This document shows, in pieces, positions 57,723 to 64,000 of a stretch of 64,000 bases of DNA; within the stretch, counting starts at the first letter, position 1; every line of letters starts with the position of its first letter. Source of the stretch: a virus. Made by a program: the position numbers and the translations under genes. The stretch is taken from IMG/VR virus record IMGVR_UViG_3300029429_000001, positions 1-64,000 of that record; one strand, 5' to 3'. Under the pieces are notes generated by a model. The model was not told where the DNA came from and searched no databases. It saw only the letters and a list, made by a program, of their open reading frames with translations.

Positions 57723-57959
57723 CTATCCGGAATTTCCGGGCAGTTGGGCTTGCTCCCTTTTAGCCTCCACCAGTTCTACCAGGCGTTTATATTCCACCCG
57801 GTTTAACTGCGGCTTTTCGTACAATTTAAGGCGCTCTTGATCTGCCTTAAGGTCCCTGTTTTCCCGTTGAAGCTCTGCTATTTGTTTCCGATATTTGGCC
57901 AGGGTCCGGCTATATGCGTTGTGCTCGCACGTCCCCTCAGCACATTTTTGTTGGGCCAT
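57723..57959 (-). CDS. Small coiled-coil protein
   Basis: Coupled to ulx; terminator hairpin at ~57663-57685. Confidence 0.5.
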   Translation of the reverse strand: MAQQKCAEGTCEHNAYSRTLAKYRKQIAELQRENRDLKADQERLKLYEKPQLNRVEYKRLVELVEAKREQAQLPGNSG

Positions 57960-58382
57960 TTAGCTCTTCACATAGTCCATCACGGCAATGACAGATTCCA
58001 TCTCACGGTCCTCTAAAATGTAATCGACGGTCTCGCCATTACCTACCGGCAACACATAGCGATTATTGCCAAAATTATTAGGGATACGGTCCAGTGATAT
58101 CAACATGCCGGCCGCCACATAAAGGTAATCATCCGGGTAAAACTCGCCCAAACTACCCTCGTAATTGTCGCCAAATTCATGGCCCATGGCATTAAGCAGC
58201 TCTTTAATTTTCCACCAGTAAGGACCAAAAGATCTATAGCGGGTCGGCTCTTTTTTGAGCTGGGCAGCGATACCATTGGGACCATCCAGGACCAATTTCA
58301 GCCACGCCACCCGGTCCTCATTTGCGCCATCAGCCGCCAGCGCATCGTCAATATCGCCCACGCTTATCGTTTCAAATTTCAT
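57960..58382 (-). CDS. ulx: Ulx-like DarB packaging enhancer
   Basis: YRSFGPYWWKIKELL matches P1 Ulx YRSYGPYW.EIKKLL; directly after darB. Confidence 0.8.
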   Translation of the reverse strand: MKFETISVGDIDDALAADGANEDRVAWLKLVLDGPNGIAAQLKKEPTRYRSFGPYWWKIKELLNAMGHEFGDNYEGSLGEFYPDDYLYVAAGMLISLDRIPNNFGNNRYVLPVGNGETVDYILEDREMESVIAVMDYVKS

Positions 58383-58434
58383 GCTGTTTATCTCTAATAT
58401 TGGGATATCGGCAAAGATACCCTAAAAATTCATT

Positions 58435-58517
58435 AATACCTAATTGGTATCATTTCAATATCAAAACAATACCGAATTAATATCATTTAAGTATCAATTC
58501 GGTATCGTATAGATATT
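58435..58517. repeat. 11-bp-periodic RRTAYY array 3 (8 consecutive units)
   Basis: AATACC, GGTATC, AATATC, AATACC, AATATC, AGTATC, GGTATC, GATATT every 11 bp. Confidence 0.85.
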
Positions 58518-58526
58518 TATAGGGTT

Positions 58527-61500
58527 TTACCTATCCAGTAACTCAAGATAGTATTTAACGTCCGATTCAATGTCGCTGACAGGCGTTAGCGTAATATCCT
58601 CGTTAGGCCTGCCCACAAACTTACTCAAAGTTTTAGGCCAGAAATACAGCCCTGCCCCCTTATGAGAAAGCTTGAACCTGGCGGCGATTTCCTTGCCGTT
58701 GTCACCCCTGGAAATATCTTTCTGTGTGGCCCCTTCCAGCTTGATATATTTCCCGGCCGGGAATTTTTTACCCTTAACAGTTTTCTTATTCCTGCCAGTG
58801 TAATCAAGGTACTCCCATTCCCGAGTAATGATCTCAGCATCAAGTCCATGACGCGCAAAGCCAGCCTTTTGCTCAGCACTCAATACAGCGCCTCCCTCGG
58901 CTGCAAAAGCTTCCTGAGCGGCCTTAGATTTCGCTTCGATCTCTTCACGCTCAACAGCATCAGCCGCCTCTTTAAGTGCCCTGGCTTTTTCAGTCTCAAC
59001 TCGTTCGGCTTCCCTGGCCTCGGCTGCCTCACGGTTTAGTCGTTCCCCCCTGGTAATGGATGCCTGGCTGCGATAGCCGGTCATCAGTCGAGTCTCAATT
59101 CTTTCTATGCCGATCACGATATCGTCGTAGTTGTCATAGCCCTCTTTGTGGACACTTTCAAGATACATGCGCAGAGGCACCTCATAACGCTCAATCATGC
59201 CTTCAGAGCGCCAGTTAACATCCTCAAGAAGCCATTTATAAAGCGCCTCACGATCCACCAGCACTTCATCATCAAGGCCATTAACAAATTCAGTGAAGGC
59301 CTTGTCATATTCGCCGCCAGCCTCGGATATATCCTTAATCTTAAATTCTTCGTTATAGCGAGCCATGTAATTCTCGCCGCCAACATAGGCCTTAAGGAAG
59401 GATAGAAGCTTTGCGTTGTTTGAGCCGGCGCCGAAACTTTCACGGGCCAGTTCCAGGGCTTTAGTCACGATCACGTCGTTACCGGGCTCAGGGAATACCA
59501 CCTTGCCAAAATTTCGCTCATTCAAGGGCATATCATAGTAGGTGCCAAACTGAACAACCCCCTTACCATCAAACAGAAACATGGACCCACTCGAGATGGA
59601 TTCAATATCCCCATACTTAACAAGATCATCCTTTGAAAATTTATTAATGTAGGAATAAATTTCATTGCCGTTTAATTGAGCAATCTCAACCTCAAGCTCA
59701 AGCTCAGGGCTTGCCGCAATCGGTTTCCAGGCTGCAGGCCACTTATTAAACGGTACACTGTAATTTTCGCGTGCATTGCCATTGATCTTATTTGTTACCC
59801 AGTAGTCTCCGGATACACGGCTAATGGAAATGGTCTCCATACCCATATTAATGGAGCCAACGCTATAAACGGCATGGCCATCGAAGTCGTTATCTTTTTG
59901 CTTAAAGGGCACGATCCGTACATAGCAGCCGGCATACAGCGCAAAGTTCATATTTCTAGGGGATATTACCTCCTCAGGGTTATCCAGCACTTCACGGCTA
60001 AATGGCAATACATCCCGGGCTTCTAGCTTAGATTTTTGACTGGCCAGGCGACGCTCTAAACGCCCTCTTTCGCTTTCAATCTTGGCTTTTGCGTCACTGA
60101 CTAGCTTGGTCAATGGCTCATAACGCGGATTATCTTCGGTCATTACTCCCAAGGCTCTCTCGATCTCCTCCAGGGAGCTATAGCCGATCAGCTTGCCATT
60201 GTAATCCCGTCTGGTTGTATAGGGCTTGCTGGCTTCCTGCATCTCGCCTTCAACGGTATACACAATGTTCTTTAGTGCCCGGGCAGTTTTGGATAGACCC
60301 GCCAGCTGGGTTAATGCGCTTTTCTCCTTCATAACCCGGTCTTTTTCGACCTTGATTGCCGTCATCTTATCGAGTCGAGCCTGGTAGGCCTCCTCACCTA
60401 ATGTCAGGCGCATAAGTTCAGCAGATGCCTCGCTCGCAGCGTCCGGGTTTTCCATCTTGGCCTGGTCGCTTTTCATGATCTGGCCAATCCAGTTGGCTTT
60501 CGCTTTGAGAGATCCTAGGCGGTTAATATCCATAGACCCTTTGGCAACATAGTAATAAACGTCAACATGGGACCTGGTATTACCCTGGCGCACGCCACGG
60601 CCGTTCCTTTGCTGGATACTCGCTGGAGTCCAGGGGAGTGTTAGGTGGTGAATGGCGCTAGTGCCTTTCTGCAGGTTTACCCCTACTTCCGCTTTTTGAT
60701 TGGCAATGATGAATTTGAAATCGCCGCGGTTGTAAGAATCTGCAATCGCCTGCAGGTCCTCAGGTTTGCCGGCAGTGGTCGCGTTAATGATGGCAATTTC
60801 AGATTTCTTAAGCGAGGTGCTAGCCAGCAGGACACGCATTAACTTGCCGTGCTCACGTTTTTCCTCAGTGAAAACTATCTGCTTGCCCTTATCGTCAATG
60901 TGCTTTTTGATATTATCAATAAGCCTGGCGTATTTACCTGATATCGGATGCGATACCGTGTCCATCAGCTTGGAAAATTTACCCATCTCCAGGCGTTTAA
61001 CCACCGCGTCTTCAAACTCGTAAGGAAGTACGAATTGAACCAGTTTACCCTTACGCTCTAGCGGTATGGTTTCATCACGCTTAATGCTGACATTAACCTG
61101 CTTTTCTTTTTCCGGGTCGTATCGTTTGCCGGTAATGGACATTGGAATGCCCGTTGATAGCAGATCTTTTACCAGGGCTTCATGCTTGGCCGGGAACCGG
61201 AAAGTCATCTGCTTGTAAAATAAATCTACATCCGTTGTGGCCTGCTCCATCTGCCGCATGATGGAAAAAATAGGCTTGATCGGTAGTGGCTGGCCATCCT
61301 CATCGAAGAGATCTGCATTCTCCGGATCACTCATGGACAGAATGGTTAACTCCAGCTCTTCTCTAAGGGTCGCGTAGATCTCCGTTTGCTCAGGGTCCAG
61401 ATCGACCTCGGGCTGGTGCTCCACGGCCTCAGGTGGATTAATGCCATTATCGAATTTTACTTCTTTTGCGGTTTTCACCACGGCAAAACGATTAAACAGG

Positions 61501-64000
61501 TTTCTCAGGGCGGTTAAGTTTTCAAAACCAACAATGCCTTCTACCGATACCATCTCACCTGATAACTTTTGAACGTCAACGCTGCCCTTGCTGGCGAATA
61601 CCTCAACAAAATCGTCAGGGGTTTTAACGCCCATACGCTCCATTTCGGACATATCTGTAACCAGGGAAAGCGCGTTGTACACTTCGATGGGGCTGTTTGT
61701 GATAGGCGTCGCTGTCAACATCACAGGACCACGGCCGTTATTGCTGTCTTTTAAGTGACCCATCTTTATGGCCATATCGGTGCCGCGTGCACTGGCATCG
61801 GTTGCCGCTAGATATTTAAGCCCGCGTGTTTCTGAGGCTTCATAAATATTCTTATAATTATGCGCTTCATCCACAACGACCGTATCAAAACGTAAATCCT
61901 CGTAATACGGGAATGTGGCATTTTTAGTAGTGCCGTCGTTATCGTATTTCTCCTGCCATTTAGATAATTTTTGAGCTTCTTTGTAATCAAAGCCCGGCTT
62001 ATCTTTATCTTTGGCAGAATCCTTTTTGATTTTCTTGCGTTCTTTTTCGCTATAACCGGCTGCCGACATTAAGTAATCGGTAGCAGATCCATTGGAAAGC
62101 ATTTCGTTTTCAACCATGCCGGCTGTGTACTCACTCATGGTCTCCGGGCGTAATGGGATAAGCCCAAACTGCGGCTGACTCATAACGAAAACTTTTTTAT
62201 TGCTTTGCGTTGCTGCCCACAACTTGGTTTTGATTTCTTCAGGCGTGTCCTCTTTTATAACGTCCTGAAAAATCAGTTTGCCGTTAATCTTTTTCTGCTC
62301 AGGGCTTCCGTCCGGGTTTTTGTTTTCGGTATAGACAGGCTCTTGCTGCACTTCACCGTCATCACCATAAACCGGGCTAATGCCGATAAACTGGTAATGG
62401 TCCAGGGACTTATGAATGGCACGGGCTTCGTGATACCAATTTGCAAGTACGGACTTGGGAACAACAATGGCTGAGCGATTGGAGCGGCCGTTCTGGATAT
62501 TGTATTGAATAAGTGCCAGGGCCGTGAACGTCTTACCCAGGCCAACATCTAGGCCAATAATACCTTTGCCGTCATCCGATATACGGCGCACGGTAGAGTT
62601 TTGAAAACCATGGGGCGCGATATCACCAGATAAGTTTTCCAGGCCTAGTACTGCCTCGGAATAATTAACTGGCATGTGCGTGTTGAACGTCGCGTTGTAT
62701 TGCTCAGCAATCAATCCAGACTCTTCATGCTCTCGCATAAAATCATTAAACTGGGTAATAAGGTCGCTTAACGTGTCGCGATATTCTGCAGCATTGGCGC
62801 CAAGCATTTTGGACCCGCCTTTAATTTTCCGCCACTCACCATCTTTATCAAAAGCGAACCCACGGTTTAAATGCTTGAGTAATTGCTGATCGAATAATTT
62901 AGGGGCGGTACCCGTGTGAGCCCAGCGCTTTGTCTCCTTATCGTAGAAAAACGGATAGCCTGCCAGGTCCATAAACTCTTCAATGTATTTTGGATTGGTC
63001 CACTTGTCGGTAAATTTAAGGTTTACATCCTTGAGCTCAGTGAATGGGCGATTTTTTAGAATGTAATCGCGCTGGTAATTGAACTTGGCTTTTTTCCTCA
63101 TATCGCTTTCATTGCGAATCAAGACATTCAATTGCTGCAGTTTTTTGTACAGGTCTCCGGAGAGGTAATGCTCCATTGTCATCACATTGCCACTAGACGT
63201 TAATGCGATGCCTTCATTATCCAGCAGCTCGCGAATATCCGTCATAGGTGGCAGGCCGTCATACAGGTCTAATACCGTATATGGGCTAACATCCAATTGG
63301 ATCGTTTGAGCTGTCAGGTAATGAATGATCGATACCGGGTCGGTCGAGTCGTAGACAGGTACCGTGCTGCTTTCTACTTCACCGCGCAGTAATGCGTTAT
63401 AGCCGCCGCTCTTTTGAACTGAGGCCTGGTACTGCATCCAGTCGCGTGCATTCGTAGAATTGCGCTTAACTTTGGCCTTGTGCGGGTTGCCGTGCTGGTG
63501 GATCTCTTTTGAAACGATGGCCTGGACAATCTCCAGCTGCTCGCCGTCGTTTTCTCCTTTTTGCATGGCGAATGAATCACGGGCGATTACCTGACCAATC
63601 AATGAACCGCGCCACGCGATTTCCTGAAGGGGTCCATCTACCTCACCACCAAACAAAAACGCCGCGTTAGCTTGTGGGAACTCTCTGAGAAGCATTTTAG
63701 GCCAGGTCTTATTAACCGCCTGCACTTGATCATAAGACAAGGTTAAACAGCCTTCAGGCGTTTTAAGCTGATCTCTAAGCTGGTCCATGGACTCGGCGCC
63801 AAACTTGTACTCATCCAGGGAGTTTAGATCCAAGTTGAAATTAACAGATACCCACTTGCCGTTTTCTAATTCGTGCTGCACTCCGTTGATCGTTTGCGAA
63901 TCGCCTTCAGTGTATTGAGGCAAATTAACCTCGGCACTCTCCAGGGCAGCCCAATCGATACGAGAATCAAATTTAGTGCCCAGTGCTTTACGAATCGCTG
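58527..64000 (-). CDS. darB: DarB-like antirestriction protein (SNF2-like helicase part; 5' end beyond window)
   Basis: DVGLGKT, VDEAHNYKN, LTATPITNSP, QRNGRGVRQGN; frame open to window edge (FDSRIDW). Confidence 0.9.
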   Translation of the reverse strand, partial: AIRKALGTKFDSRIDWAALESAEVNLPQYTEGDSQTINGVQHELENGKWVSVNFNLDLNSLDEYKFGAESMDQLRDQLKTPEGCLTLSYDQVQAVNKTWPKMLLREFPQANAAFLFGGEVDGPLQEIAWRGSLIGQVIARDSFAMQKGENDGEQLEIVQAIVSKEIHQHGNPHKAKVKRNSTNARDWMQYQASVQKSGGYNALLRGEVESSTVPVYDSTDPVSIIHYLTAQTIQLDVSPYTVLDLYDGLPPMTDIRELLDNEGIALTSSGNVMTMEHYLSGDLYKKLQQLNVLIRNESDMRKKAKFNYQRDYILKNRPFTELKDVNLKFTDKWTNPKYIEEFMDLAGYPFFYDKETKRWAHTGTAPKLFDQQLLKHLNRGFAFDKDGEWRKIKGGSKMLGANAAEYRDTLSDLITQFNDFMREHEESGLIAEQYNATFNTHMPVNYSEAVLGLENLSGDIAPHGFQNSTVRRISDDGKGIIGLDVGLGKTFTALALIQYNIQNGRSNRSAIVVPKSVLANWYHEARAIHKSLDHYQFIGISPVYGDDGEVQQEPVYTENKNPDGSPEQKKINGKLIFQDVIKEDTPEEIKTKLWAATQSNKKVFVMSQPQFGLIPLRPETMSEYTAGMVENEMLSNGSATDYLMSAAGYSEKERKKIKKDSAKDKDKPGFDYKEAQKLSKWQEKYDNDGTTKNATFPYYEDLRFDTVVVDEAHNYKNIYEASETRGLKYLAATDASARGTDMAIKMGHLKDSNNGRGPVMLTATPITNSPIEVYNALSLVTDMSEMERMGVKTPDDFVEVFASKGSVDVQKLSGEMVSVEGIVGFENLTALRNLFNRFAVVKTAKEVKFDNGINPPEAVEHQPEVDLDPEQTEIYATLREELELTILSMSDPENADLFDEDGQPLPIKPIFSIMRQMEQATTDVDLFYKQMTFRFPAKHEALVKDLLSTGIPMSITGKRYDPEKEKQVNVSIKRDETIPLERKGKLVQFVLPYEFEDAVVKRLEMGKFSKLMDTVSHPISGKYARLIDNIKKHIDDKGKQIVFTEEKREHGKLMRVLLASTSLKKSEIAIINATTAGKPEDLQAIADSYNRGDFKFIIANQKAEVGVNLQKGTSAIHHLTLPWTPASIQQRNGRGVRQGNTRSHVDVYYYVAKGSMDINRLGSLKAKANWIGQIMKSDQAKMENPDAASEASAELMRLTLGEEAYQARLDKMTAIKVEKDRVMKEKSALTQLAGLSKTARALKNIVYTVEGEMQEASKPYTTRRDYNGKLIGYSSLEEIERALGVMTEDNPRYEPLTKLVSDAKAKIESERGRLERRLASQKSKLEARDVLPFSREVLDNPEEVISPRNMNFALYAGCYVRIVPFKQKDNDFDGHAVYSVGSINMGMETISISRVSGDYWVTNKINGNARENYSVPFNKWPAAWKPIAASPELELEVEIAQLNGNEIYSYINKFSKDDLVKYGDIESISSGSMFLFDGKGVVQFGTYYDMPLNERNFGKVVFPEPGNDVIVTKALELARESFGAGSNNAKLLSFLKAYVGGENYMARYNEEFKIKDISEAGGEYDKAFTEFVNGLDDEVLVDREALYKWLLEDVNWRSEGMIERYEVPLRMYLESVHKEGYDNYDDIVIGIERIETRLMTGYRSQASITRGERLNREAAEAREAERVETEKARALKEAADAVEREEIEAKSKAAQEAFAAEGGAVLSAEQKAGFARHGLDAEIITREWEYLDYTGRNKKTVKGKKFPAGKYIKLEGATQKDISRGDNGKEIAARFKLSHKGAGLYFWPKTLSKFVGRPNEDITLTPVSDIESDVKYYLELLDR

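Noticed and set aside
57723-57959. Lxc homologue by position
   Set aside because: No recognisable similarity to P1 Lxc

Overview
The window is a ~64 kb slice of a divergent P1-like phage-plasmid (myovirus), probably from a gammaproteobacterium; no host chromosomal genes are recognisable. All family calls are by recall of motifs, not database search. Left to right: (1) 1-14.9 kb virion structural operons (pmgC-, bplB-, pmgG-, gp21-, sheath, major capsid; spike, hub, terminator, an S-like tail fibre, gp7-, gp25-, gp26-, Mat-like). (2) 15-24.9 kb small accessory genes with an HTH-controlled operon and a tyrosine resolvase. (3) A 1.1 kb structured non-coding gap where P1 has c1. (4) 26-31.6 kb terminase (pacB/pacA), lysis cassette and a MazG-like gene. 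(5) 31.9-43.5 kb early/accessory genes including an Acb2-type anti-CBASS sponge, tRNA-Gly, SSB, dNMP kinase, RdgC and an endonuclease. (6) 43.6-47 kb iteron origin with two different Rep genes and a KorC-like regulator. (7) 48.7-54.4 kb RecE/RecT/SMC-like genes, then an RHH gene and a membrane protein. (8) Protease, portal, Ulx and DarB (runs off the window). Direct reading reveals several cis-acting codes: a late-promoter box at a fixed 29 nt from the -10 hexamer (4 copies), a TGTGCA-N5-TGCACA operator regulon, three 11-bp-periodic RRTAYY centromere-like arrays, a conserved UUAACGG-loop hairpin in front of early-gene RBSs, a frame-independent pac-like octamer in pacA, and an [IV]LD putative maturation-cleavage motif concentrated in head proteins.
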